A stretch of DNA of 64,000 nt from Anthoceros angustus. Taxonomy: Eukaryota; Plantae; Anthocerotophyta. The notes below the pieces were generated by a model, which saw nothing but the letters and a program-made list of their open reading frames with translations, did not search any database and had not been told where the DNA came from. Positions 1 to 12,250 of this stretch are shown one piece after another. The stretch covers positions 64,818 to 128,817 of the forward strand of contig MU008228.1 in NCBI GenBank assembly GCA_010909165.1, written 5' to 3'. Every line of letters starts with the position of its first letter. The stretch's first letter is position 1. The position numbers and the translations under genes are program-made.

Positions 1-483
1 TTCCCAATCCTTCACGCCTGCCAGGTTCAGGCTTATCTGGCGAGCTCCTCGAGGAAGGAGAGGGAGCAATACCTATCTGCAAATCCATTGAGAGCAGCTG
101 CACATGAACCCAAGCTGGCTTCATCATGTTGTTTAACCACAGGACCTCGCCGGACCCCTTGCGCCGGAAATCTGGCAAACGGGAGCTCTTCTTATCTCGT
201 CTGTTGTCCCACCACATGGTAGGCTCCAGAGAAAACTGTTGCCATAAGTGCTCCTGCTCCTGGCAACGACAATCGCTGGAAAACCCGTCCCCAACCACAC
301 TTTTTCTCGGAAGTGGAAGTGCTGGGCGGCGTACACTGCTGGACCTGGAGGCTTCGTGGTTCGCGAAGGGGTGACTCCCTAAGATGAGGTGAGCTGAGCG
401 TGAGCTCCTGGTAGAATCCCTGTAGACACATTAGACGCGATTTGTCGGGTCCCCAACGGGTCCGGTTGCCATACCGTGGCCAT
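1..483 (-). CDS. 5' end of PDF-PLS-PPR family gene (copy 1), running off the left edge
   Basis: ATG at 483 gives the MATVWQPDP leader. The PDF-like motif (HLWQQFSLEPTMWWDNRRDKKSSRLPDFRRKGSGEVLWLNNMMKPAWV) is encoded at ~100-255. A frameshift lies between them. Confidence 0.8.
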
Positions 484-996
484 CGTTCGGGGACCGCTGT
501 CGGAAGATGAGTCTAACCACAGATTACGCCAGGATGCCCAGGTACTGTGACTGGGCACACCTTGCGAGCTTGCTCCAATGCTGCGGCTAACCAATGTACA
601 TATAGTTTCCATGGCGGATGTGCGGATTTTGCAGTCCCGAAGTTGGTGGTGTTTGTGGATGCCCCAGGACGGAACAGGATGACAGAGCAGAGTGCTGGAG
701 AAAATTTCTCCGGAGGTAACTTGGGCAGCGAGGAGGATGGGGGTGGGGACGAGAAAATAAGGAGGTGGGGGTACACTCCGTCCGAATTGGGAAAAGAGTG
801 AGGGGCACCGTGCACGGCAATGCCTGCCAACTTCTCCGATGCCCATGTGGCAATTTCTATGTTCTAATACTTCATGTTAAGACGAGAAGTGCAAAGATCA
901 GTGTTAGGCATCCATGTCCATGTCTCAGTTTGGACAGGAATGGAGTTAAGCCAGCAGATTCACCCCCAATGAACACTGGCTACTTCCTCATTTTTC

Positions 997-3346
997 TCAC
1001 GGTCGGCCTTCACAGCTGCAACAACCATTTGCAAATCGATGCACACGGTACCCATCCCTCACAACTATGTCTCTCTGTTCAAGCCTAGACATGATCTCCG
1101 TGGAACTGTGGCAGTCGCTGCACATGCGAAGATTCTTCGTTACCACGAGAGGTGTCCCACTTGGGGTGTTCAAGAGACCAAACGCCAGAGCTAGTTTCTC
1201 AGCATGCCCACAAAGCGCATCTTCCTTTTCCTTCTCACACACTGGCTTCAACACCAACTTTGTGTGAGGTACGGCCTCCTTCCTGCTTCAGACGTGCATT
1301 CGTGCTCTCTACCTTGCGCAATATCCTCTCCTTTCTCCCACCAGAAATCTATGTACCTCCTTATTCACCTCAATAGTCACCACTGCAGGTTTCTTGTTAG
1401 CTCCTGCTGCCATCCTCAGTGTTTCAATCCCATCTACATCAGCCCACCTACCTGCATCTGCGTAGGCATTGGCCATGAGCACATACGCAGACGCCTGCTG
1501 AGGGTCCAGTTTAACAATGCTTTCAAAACACCACTTCGCCCCCTCTATGTCCCCGTGACTCTTGCAGGCATTCAACAAAGACGTCAATCCCACAACATCA
1601 GTCTGGCCCTCGCATGATAACAACATGTTCTTTGCTTCATCTAAATGACCAGCACGCCCAAGAAGATCAATCATGCAGGTGTAATGCTCAACAGAAGGTT
1701 TGATGCCATGCTGTTCAGCCATGGAATCAAGGTGCTTGCGACCCTCGTGGACCAGTCCCTCATGACTGCATGCTACTAAAAGGCAAGTAAAAGTAGCATC
1801 ATTAGGCTGAATACCAGCAACTAACATCTCCTCAAAACAAGCTAGTGCCTTGTGACCTTCATCACAACCATACCCAATCAGGATTCCATGTCACCACATC
1901 CTTTGTGTTGCTGTCAAAACCTGGCGTGCATCTTCCAGTTCACATTTTGCATACATGTCCACCAGGCAGTTGCCCCCATACGTCATCCAGCAGTCCTCTC
2001 TCGACAATCTGTGAGTGCAGCTGCCTGCCCTTCTGTAAGGCACCAGTGCTTGCACATGCCTTCAGAAGGCAAGCAAAAGTAATGGTTAGCCAAAATGAGG
2101 CCTCCTGCTCCATTTGTCCATACAAACAAGCGCCTCATGTCCGAGCCTTGCTGCATACCCAGCTATCAGGGCATTCCATGTCACCACATTCTTTGTCCAT
2201 GCTGTCAAAACTGGCGTGCATCTTTCAGTTCACCACATTTTGCATACCCAGCAATCAGCATTCCATGTCACCACATCCTTTGTGGCCATGCTGTCAAAAC
2301 CTGGCGTGCATCTTTGCCACATTTTGCATACATGTCCACCAGGCAGTTGCCAACAAACAAGTTAGTAGCAATGCCACTGCACACATCACAGTGCACTTTT
2401 CTGCCAGATTCCAAGTCGCAGCAAATGCACAAGCTTGAAGGACAGCTACAAAGATGTGGGCATCCGCCTTCACTCCGGACCCAAGCATCTCGTGGTACAG
2501 TTGCACTGCCTCATTAGGTTTCCCATGTTTAGCATGGGCAGAGATGATGGAAGACCACGTGAAAACATCTGGTTTGTCTGCCCTGGTGAACACATCCATG
2601 GCCTCCTCTAGCCTGCCCCCACATGCATACATGCGCAAGATATGGTTCCCCACGTATGGAATCGACTCGTACCCAAGTTTGACACTGAGATTGTGAACTC
2701 GTCGCCCCACAACCAAATCCTTCTTGGCTGTACAGAGTTTTAGCACAGTGCAAAACATAGACAGAGAAATAGCAGAGTCTGTCTGCGCCAGGGATTCCAG
2801 GGATCCAACAGCCTCAGAAAGCCTCCCCTGCTGACATAACGTCCTCACGGTAACAGCCGTTACGACGCTCGTTTCCGATCCTGCACGCCTGCCAGCTTTA
2901 GGCTCATCCGGGGAGCTGGACTCGGAACGAGAGGCACGGTGGCCCATCTGTATATCCAAGGAAACCAGTTGCTCATCAACCCAAGCTGGTTTAAACATGT
3001 TGTTCAACCACAGGACCTCACCGGACCCTTTGCGCCGGAAGTCAGGCCAGTGCGAGCTCTTCTTCTCTCGTCTGTTGTCCCACCACAGGGTAGGGTCCAG
3101 AAAAAATTGTTGCCACAAGTGCTCCTGCTCCTGGCATCGACCATCGCTGGAAAGCCAGGCCCTACCCACACACTTTCTCGGAAGTAGAAGTGCTGGACTC
3201 CATACACTGCTGCACCTGGAGGCTTTGTTTGCCAGGGGTTGACACCCTAACATGTGGTGAGCGGGAGCTTCTGGTAGAATCCCCGTACACACATTAGTTG
3301 AAATTTGTTGGGTACACAGCGGGTCCGGTTGCCATACTGCTGCCAT
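997..3346 (-). CDS. PLS-class PPR protein with N-terminal PDF-like motif and C-terminal DYW:KP (GRP) domain (copy 2; frameshifted as assembled)
   Basis: ORFs 2294-3346 (leader, PDF motif, N-cap PPRs), 1309-1827 (L2-S2-E1-E2, KPAVV) and 997-1257 (HAEKLALAFG...NLRMCSDCH...CCSCEGRP). One central P-L-S triplet. Confidence 0.9.
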
Positions 3347-3871
3347 CGTTCAGGTACCACTGTTGGAAGATGAGTCTACCAACACAAACTATGCCAGGAT
3401 GCCCAGTTACTGCAGGATGCCCAGTTACTGTGCCTGACCACACCATACGAGCTGGCTCCGCTGCCGCAGCCTAAACCACATTAGTAAAGGTACCCGGAAT
3501 CGCTGGAGGTCCTCGCCTGATCAGCAAGGCCGCCTTCTTGATCCTGACTCTGAGGGTTTTGCATATTCTAAAGCGATTGAGCTGTTCTTCTCATTCTCTT
3601 GTGGCACACTTCGTAGTAATCTTTCTGTTCATGTTTTGTAAAAGAATTTGTGGACCACTGAATTGTGTAGACCAAGGAAGGGCGCGCAGGACTCCCTCGT
3701 GCGTGCGAGTTCATCAGTGCCACACATTATCAATAGACTCGACTTGATAGACTCGACTTGATAAGTACATATGTAGTTTGGTCCCTTCAGACTTGACCAC
3801 GTCAAGTCTGAAGGGCCTTTCACAATGCAAACGACACCGAGGCCGGGACTGCGCACTTGGTTTTGGACTTT

Positions 3872-5000
3872 CCTAAGTAATAATTTAGGGCGGATTCGCA
3901 TGAACCCGCTTCCAGCTCTGTTCCGTAAGTTTTTTAACGTGGCGGGGCGTCCGCATGTAAAGTGGCAAACCGAACCCGGAACTTTTCGCAGCAGGTCTCC
4001 GGTGCCTTCACATATGGGACTGAAGACATAAGCTGGTATTCTTGGCCGGTGCTCCATTACTTCGAAATGGAGAGAGTATGCTACCATTGCTTGGAGGTCT
4101 TCTTGATTCCTTTAATGTCATTGCTTTGAGGCCTCATCGCTGTTATTGCAGGCGATGGTCGACAAATGGTTCTTCTCCACTTGATGTAGATGCCCAATTC
4201 GAAGAATTAGAGACCGTCAACAAATGGTTCTTCTCCGTTGATGTAGATGGCCAATTCGAAGAATTAGAGACTGTGTTGTACTCTTTACAGTGTGATATCA
4301 CAATGCTTCTAGCTCACTTATAGCGTATATTAGGAATCTCTCACCGATTCATGGGTGCAGTACGGTGAGTATTACATTATGCCGAGAATGGATGGGCTTT
4401 TTTCCTAACGGACTGCTGCTGTCTTGGTCCTTTTTCCTCGGTGCCACCTGCTTGGTGTCGATCAAAATCTTCACGTTTTGCAGCTTGCAAGATACAGAGT
4501 TCCGGCTCTGTCCAGTTCACTCTCTTCTTGAGAAGAGCTTGACCTCTAATGGCAGAAATCTGTGGGGCAGTACACGGCATATGAGAAGGCACCACAGACA
4601 ATGCCTTTGATGACCAGTCCGGTAACGTTGTGGAGGAAGAAGCAAATCCTTGTGGTCGCTCCATCTTCCACTCCTAGGTTATCAAGAAGAATTGGTGAAA
4701 GTCATGAGCTCCTCTCAAAATCACGAGACTCGCGAGACAGGAGCTCCTCGCGAGATGTGAATTTGCAGATTTCAGTGTTGAAGACCCCAAATGAACACCG
4801 GCTATACCCGGCTGCACCGATGCAGCTCGTCGTAGCTTCTTTCCGGAGCCGAACCGATTACAACCACTTAAAAAACACTTAAAAAAAGCTCCCGTAAACA
4901 TAGGACAAGCGATTGTACATGGCGGGCCCTTTTCCGCCAAAATGTCATTGCGGACGCGGAGGTGCCCACATGCGAATCCGCCCTAAGTTATTAACTTGGG
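3872..5000. mobile_element. Possible non-autonomous DNA element with ~30-bp inverted repeats
   Basis: CCTAAGTAATAATTTAGGGCGGATTCGCATG (~3872-3902) is inverted as CATGCGAATCCGCCCTAAGTTATTAACTTGG (~4969-5000). An internal ~58-bp tandem duplication lies at 4162-4275. No TSD found. Confidence 0.35.
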
Positions 5001-5045
5001 TAAAATCCACCCTAAGTTATTAATTTGGGTAGAACTTGGGTAGAA

Positions 5046-5466
5046 CTTGGGTAGGAGTCGACTGCATACTTGGGGAACCATATTGCATGTATGAATGTGG
5101 AGGTACGCAAACCGGATGCCTTTGTGGTCTTCCATCATCTCCGGCCATGCTAAGCATGGGAAACCTAATGAAATGCGGAGGTCAGGAGTGAAGCCGGATG
5201 CTCATGTACCTCACACAAAGTTGGTGTTGAAGCCTGTGTGTGAGAAGGAAAGATGTGTTGAGAAACTAGCTCTGGCGTTTGGTCTCTTGAACACTCCGAG
5301 AGGGATATCTCTGGTAATAACGAAGAATCTACGCATGAGCAGTGACTGCCACAGTTCCACGACATCATGTCAAGGCTTGAACAGAGAGAGACATTGTTGT
5401 GAGGGATGGGTACCGTGTGAGCATCGATTCGTAAATGGTTGTTGCAGTTGTACGGATGGACCCTGA
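5046..5466 (+). pseudogene. Internally deleted PPR-DYW:KP fragment
   Basis: AYLGNHI and WSSIISGHAKHGKPNE are joined directly to VPHTKLVLKPVCEKE...EKLALAFGLLNTP...NLRMSSDCH...CCSCTDGP. HAE and the first Cys of CxxC are lost. Confidence 0.85.
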
Positions 5467-5988
5467 GAAAAATGAAGTAGGTAGTACCGTAGTAGCCTGC
5501 GCTCATTGGGGGGTGAATATGTGCTTGCTTAACTCCATTCCTGTCCAACCTGAGACATGGATACGGATGGCAAACACTGATCCTGGAACCTCTCATCGTA
5601 ACACAGAGAATCAGAAGGTGCCACATGGGCATCGGGGAACCTGGCAGAGATGATGGGCATCGGTCGCTATGACCGTTCACAGTGCCCCGGCCGTCGCCTT
5701 TTTTTTTTTTTGTTAAATCAATCTTTTCTCTGTTGGGACAGGTGTATCACCACCTCCTTATTTGCCCGTCTCCAAGTGCCCCACCTCCGTCCTCCTCGTT
5801 GCCCCCGTTATGTCCTGACAGATTTTCACCAGCTTGCGAAGTCCGCACAGCGGCCAAGGAAACTACACAGTATGTTGCTTATTAGGCTGCGGCATTGGAG
5901 CCAGCTCGTATGCTGTGGTCAGGCACTGTACCTGGGTATCCTTGATAGTCTGTTGTTAGATTCACCTTCCGACGCCGGTCCCTGAACG

Positions 5989-8763
5989 ATGGCCACAGTA
6001 TGGCAACCGGACCCGTTCTGGACCCAACGAATTGGTGTCTGTGCAGGGAGTCTACCAGGAGCTCCCGCACACGTCATCTTAGGGAGTCAAAGTCTGGCAA
6101 CCAAAGACTCCAGGTGCTGCAGTGTAAGGAGCTCAGCACTTCCACTTCAGAGAAAGTGGATGGGTGGGGACGGGTTTTCCAGCGATGCCGGTCGTTGCCA
6201 GGAGCAGGAGCACTTGTGGCAACAATTTTTTCTGGAGCCTACCATGTGGTGTGACAACAGACGTCATAAGAAGAGCTCCCGTTCGCCTGACTTCCGGCGT
6301 AAGGGGTCTGGGGAGGTCCTGTGGTTAAACAACATGTTTAAGCCAGCTTGGGTTGATGAACAGCTCGTTTCCTTGGATTTGCAGATGGGTCATGGTGCCT
6401 CCTTCCAAGTCCAGCTTCCGGATACGCCTAAACCTGGGATGCGTGCAGGATCGGAAATGGGCGTCGTTACTGCTGTTACCGTGAGCACGTTATGTCAGCA
6501 GGGGAAGCTCTCTGAGGCCGTTGGAGCCCTGGAATCTTTGGCACAGAAAGCCTCTGCTGTCTCTCAGTCTCTGTTTTACACTGTGCTAAAACTGTGTACA
6601 GCTAAGAAGGATTTGGTTTTGGGGCGACGAGTACATGACCTCAGTGTCCAACTTGGGTACGAGTCGAATCCATACTTGGGGAACCATATCTTGCGCATGT
6701 ATGCATGTGGAGGTAGGCTAGAGGAGGCCATGGATGTGTTCAACAGGGTACGCAAACCGGATGCCTTCATGTGGTCTTCCATAATCTCCGCACACGCTAA
6801 GCATGGGAAACCTAATGAGGCCGTACAACTGTACCATGAGATGCGTAGGTCAGGAGTGAAGGCGGATGCTCACGTCTTTGTAGCTGCCCTTCAAGCTTGT
6901 GCATTTGCCGCCGACTTGGAATCTGGCAGAAAAGTGCACTGTGATGTGGTGCAGTGGCATTCCACTAACTTGTTTGTTGGCAACTGCCTGGTGGACATGT
7001 ATGCAAAATGTGGTGAACTGAAGATGCACGCCTGGTTTTTGACAGCATGCCACAAGGATGTGGTGACATGGACGGTGCTGATTGCTGGGTATGCAAAATG
7101 TGGCAACTGAAAGATGCACGCCAGGTGTTTTGACAGCATGAAGACAAAGATGTGGTGACATGGAATGCCCTGATAGCTGGGTATGCAAAATGTGGTGGAC
7201 TGAAAGATGCACGCCAGGTCTTTGACAGCATGAACACAAAGAATGTGGCCACATGGAATGCCCTTATAGCTGGGTATGCCCAGCACGGGCTCGGACATGA
7301 GGCACTTGTTCTGTATGGACAGATGGAGCAGGAGGGCTCTATTTTGGCTGACCATGTTACTTTTGCTTGCCTTCTGAAGGCCTGTGCAAGCACTGGCGCC
7401 TTACAGAAGGGCAGGCAGCTGCATTCACAGATCGTCGAAGAGGACTGCTGGATGACGTAGTGGTGGGCACCTGCCTGGTGGACATGTATGCAAAATGTGG
7501 TGAACTGGAAGATGCACGCCAGGTTTTTGACAGCATGGCCACAAAGGATGTGGTGACATGGAATGCCCTGATTGCTGGGTATGCACAGCAAGGACTCGGC
7601 CAAGAGGCGCTTGTTGTGTATGGACAAATGGAGGGGCGGGCCTCATTTTGGCTGACCATGTTACTTTTGCTTGCCTTCTGAAGGCCTGTGGAAGCACTGG
7701 TGCCTTACAGAAGGGCAGGCAGCTGCACTCACAGATTGTCGAAGAGGACTGCTGGATAACGTGGTGGGCAACTGCCTGGTGGACATGTATGCAAAATGTG
7801 GTGAACTGGGAGATGCCCGCCAGGTTTTTGACAGCATGGCCACAAAGGATGTGGTCACATGGACTGCTCTGATAGCGGGGTATGGTGCTTGTGATGAAGG
7901 TCACAAGGCACTAGCTTGTTTTGAGGAGATGTTAGTTGCCGGTATTCAGCCTGATGATGCTACTTTTACTTGCCTTTTAGTAGCATGCAGTCATGAGGAC
8001 TGGTCCACGAGGTCGCAAGCACTTTGATTCCATGGCTGAACAGCATGGCATCAAACCTACTATTGAGCATTTCACCTGTATGATTGATCTTCTTGGGCGT
8101 GCTGGCTATTTGGATGAAGCAGAGAAGATGCTGTTATCATGTGAGGGCCAAAGTAATGTTGTGGGCTTGACGTCTTTGTTGAATGCCTGCAGAAGGCACG
8201 GGGATATAGAGAGGGCGGTGTGGTGTTTTGAAAGCATTGTCAGGCTGGAGCCTCAAAGGGCTTCTGCTTATGTGCTGATGGCCAATGCCTACGCAGATGC
8301 AGGTAGGTGGACCGATGTAGACAGGATTGAAACACAGAGAAGAGCAGCAGGAGCAAGCAAGAAACCTGCAATGGCAAGCATTGAGGTGAATAAGGAAATA
8401 CACAGTTTTGTGGTGGGCGAAAGGAGGAAGGATATCGCGCATAAGGTAGAGAGCACAAATTCTCGTCTGAAGCAGGAAGGAGGCCACGTACCTCACACAA
8501 GGTTGGTGTTGAAGCCAGTGTGCGAGAAAGAAAAGGAAGATGCGCTTTGTGGGCATGCGGAGAAACTAGCTCTGGCGTTTGGTCTCTTGAACACTCCGAG
8601 TGGGACACCTCTGGTGGTAACAAAGAATCTACGCATGTGCAGTGACTGCCACAGTTCCACGGAGATCATGTCAAGGCTTGAACAGAGAGACATTGTTGTA
8701 AGGGATGGGTACCGTGTGCATCGATTCGCAGCTGGTTGTTGCAGCTGTAAGGGTCGACCGTGA
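5989..8763 (+). CDS. PDF-PLS-PPR-E1-E2-DYW:KP (GRP) protein (copy 4; frameshifts in the repeat array)
   Basis: ORF 5989-7110 has leader, PDF motif (6208-6366) and N-cap. SS motifs and two P-L-S triplets follow. ORF 7993-8763 has KPAMA, HAEKLA, CSDCH and CCSCKGRP. Confidence 0.92.
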
Positions 8764-9330
8764 GAATATTGAAGAACGGAGCCAGTGCTCAAGTGTGTAC
8801 GTACTCCAGAAAATATTGCTTTCTCTCTTGGGGCGAATGCGCGATGTGGTTGGGCGAGCTGTCCTGCCAGGGATGGGCAGCTGTTTGAGATGAGGGGTCG
8901 AGGTCGCAGGCTTGGGAATTGGCTCAGATCCGGTGGAATCGTGGAATCGGGGGTGGTTTGGAGCCGAACCGTTCGTGCCACCACTATCCCCACGACACGG
9001 CAACGCTTTCAGACCAGTGCATTGAAGAGGCTTCATATATTATATTCCATGGAGCAGAGTTGCAGGCAGGCAGCATGTTGCGCATCTTTGTGATTATCAC
9101 TATGCAGGAGTCGGCAGGCTTCTCTTGGGTGGGACATACGCAAATGTTGAGTCATTCCTGCGTTCTGAATCGGTCATACTTCTGCCACTGCCCAGATGGA
9201 TAACCTGATGCCCCTACCTCAAGCATGGCATGGTCAGCACCAAGAGCTTTTTGTTGCGCGCTTCTCTTTTTCAAGTTTCCCAAGTATCGAGTGGAGGGGC
9301 AGCGCGGCATAGTGGTGTCTATATAGTTGT

Positions 9331-9480
9331 CGACAAAGCAAGAATCGCCAAAGCAAGAATCGACAAAGCAAGAAGTGCCAAAGAAGCAAGAACCGACAAA
9401 GCAAGAATCGCCGAAGAAGCATCGACAAAGCAGGAATCGCCGAAGAAGCATGACAAAGCAAGAATCGACAAACAAGCATT
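9331..9480 (+). repeat. Minisatellite of GACAAAGCAAGAATC-like units
   Basis: Repeated (C)GACAAAGCAAGAATCGCC / GAAGAAGCA units. Confidence 0.8.
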
Positions 9481-9641
9481 CATTCCAAAAATTCATGCTT
9501 GCAATCCCACATCTGTGGCCTCTTTTTCTTCACTTACCACCGAATCAAATGCAAGGCAATAAGAATATTCCATTCTCGGAAGTCAATTAGGTCGCCAAGA
9601 ATCGTCACAAGGACAGCAATGACGGCACCAACATGGGCAGA

Positions 9642-9672
9642 GGCACGGGCACGGGCACGGGCACGGGCACGC
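9642..9672 (+). repeat. (GGCACG)n microsatellite
   Basis: About five direct copies. Confidence 0.85.
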
Positions 9673-10549
9673 AGCCACTGAACAGAAACACATACCCAAA
9701 GCACTTGCCTCCCAATGTAGGGTTATATGGTTGCGGCCAATATTGGCGGTGCCTAGCCCAATGTTCACTTTACTGCATGCAAACAATTTACCTGCAATTC
9801 GGGTTGAATTGGCGATGCCTAGCCCAGTGTTCACTTCACTACATGCCTAACCCGGGGCAGTCTCAGCTCGATCCATGACAGCACCCTTCTCTATCTTGGA
9901 TTCTATGGTACAGGGTGACTTGAATTTTTTTTAAATTAAGTCGGTTGGACCTCTTTCATCCAAATTGCGATCAAGGTAGGCATCCATAATTCAGGATTTT
10001 TGGGTAGTTCGATTTAAGGCATTTCGAAATGCACCTCCCTATGGCATACCAAAGGGGACAGAGGGGATGGGACATTTTTTTTTTCGCGAAACCCATGCAA
10101 GGCGTGGGGATCTTGAGGAATATACCCTACATTCCAAAGACGGTTTCTTTTCGTGAGCACATACCACATGGCCGCTTTGGCGCCCTAACCAAGAGCGCCA
10201 AGCACCAAAGGGACACACTTTTCACTCCAAACCCTAAGTTTGGTTTAAATGTTTTGTCCTTCCAACTTTGAAAACAAAGAGCGGACCGGAAACTATGTTT
10301 TCAAGTTTTCCACACTTCCTCCCGCCATTAAGTTTTCTTCGATGCTATCCCATGCCCGGCAAACCCTAACCTGCCCCGCAGCGCCAATCTAGTTGCCAAA
10401 CCCTTCACCCTACCATGGGCTTGTAAGGCAATGACGGCCGAGGCAAGACGGCCATCATTTGCGAACCCCGCACACGCGCGTGTCCGTGTCTTCTTATCTA
10501 GGGACAATGGATTCTTGTTTGTAGGGTTTAGGTACACGCGCGTTCAAAC

Positions 10550-12250
10550 ACGCTCTAGGTGATCCACCTCCAGTGGAAGAGGGATGGGTGGCCGGTGGGT
10601 AGACCCATGCCTTATTCTTCCATATCACGGTATACATGAAGGGTCACACGCACGGGTGAATTCCTCCTATTATGCAAGTCTAGGTAACCACATCCCATCG
10701 ACCAAGTCTATGAAACACTCACCCACCGCCCTCCAATCTGCCACCCTTGGCATACATATTCACCACAATGGTCGGCACAACACATTGCCATCATGTCCTC
10801 TTTTCCCGAATCGCACGTAGATCCGACTCCTTCTCCAGAGTGCCTACACTGCAAGCATGGAGGCACAATCATGCAATTACGTATAGCCATGGCTTCATCT
10901 TGTATAGAATCGGATGATGCACGGTTGTCTACCCCTCACCTTCCCCGAGAATATCGCAATCAAAGCGTCCCATGTCACCACATTATTCGCTCTTGGTTGT
11001 CATTCACTCTTTGCCGCCTGCGCCACACTTTCAATATATGTTCACCGATGTAGACACATGGGAACTGGTTCCACGCCACTACCTAACAAAGCGAAGCACC
11101 GCTGCCCGTGATTTCATATCGCATTCCCTTCCACCACTAAGACCTCCTCAAACATATGGGCATGTGGGTTTGCACGACCTCCACGTCTGTAGGATGGCCC
11201 GATTGTCCTCTCCTGTTACAAGCACATTTTGGCTTTTCATTCCTCCACATGAGGGCCACCACTAAAATTGTTGCCACCATGTTTCGGCGACAACGCCGAT
11301 CTCGACTGCCCTCCATTCTGCCACACTTGGCATACATATCCACCAAACTGCTGGCACGTACATGGTCTTCATGCTCTCTTTTCCTCGTCTGCATGGAGCC
11401 CCTTCTCAGAGTGGGTGCGCCCACGCACAACCCACCAAGTGCCACACATGTCAGTCATGCATGGGACACCCATGGCTCCGTTGCATAATCGATGTATCCG
11501 TGGTCGCCCATACCTTCCTCATTATGGTGCTATGAAAGCGGTTCATGTCACCACTTTCTTAGGCTGCCATTCGATTGTCCGTCCCCAATCGCCACACATT
11601 CCATACATGTTCACCACACTTTAAGTCGCATGTAACCAGTCCGCATCAATAACAACTGCATTAGTACCCACATTTCTTATCGGATGCCCTTGCACACTCC
11701 TGCCCACCTCCCACAAACACATGGGCATTTGCGTGTGCACTCCACCTGCGCATCGAATGGTATAGGTGGATGGCCTGCTTGCCCTATCTATCTCACACGC
11801 GATTTTGCCTTTCATCCCACCACGCGAGGTGTCACGAGAATTCCGCCATAATTTCTCTTCGACAACGTCACTCCGTAAGCCTCCATTCTCCCACACTTGG
11901 CATACATATTCACCAGCAGGGCACAAACACATCGCTATCCTCTCTTTCACACCGCAGATGCACTGCCTCCCCTTCTCCGCACCTAGGGTGCGACATTCAC
12001 AAGCCTGGACTCAAACAACGGTCATCTGTTAGGTCACCATTCCTCCTCGCCACATCGCTCCCCACCTATGTGGCCTAACACATCCTCTTGCACCGCTTCC
12101 TTCCCTGTAAGGTGGCTTTGATGCACCTCTCGCGTTACCCGGTTGTTCGTTCCTTTCATGTTAGATGACGTGAGCGCTCAAAACCCGTCCCCCATCCACA
12201 AGGTTCGTCCACAAACACGTCCCCACTTTGAAAGTCCTTCCCATTTTCTA
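10550..12250 (-). pseudogene. Highly degenerate PLS-PPR gene remnant
   Basis: Scattered SSLVDMYAKCGRME and CATGTCACCAC (VVTW) motifs at PPR spacing. AAAACCCGTCCCC at ~12180 matches the family leader. Confidence 0.6.

Noticed and set aside
6000-6254. Recurrent out-of-frame ORF (MATGP..DPTNW) overlapping the PPR leaders
   Set aside because: A by-product of the conserved GTA-TGG (V-W) codons. Length and stop position vary between copies.
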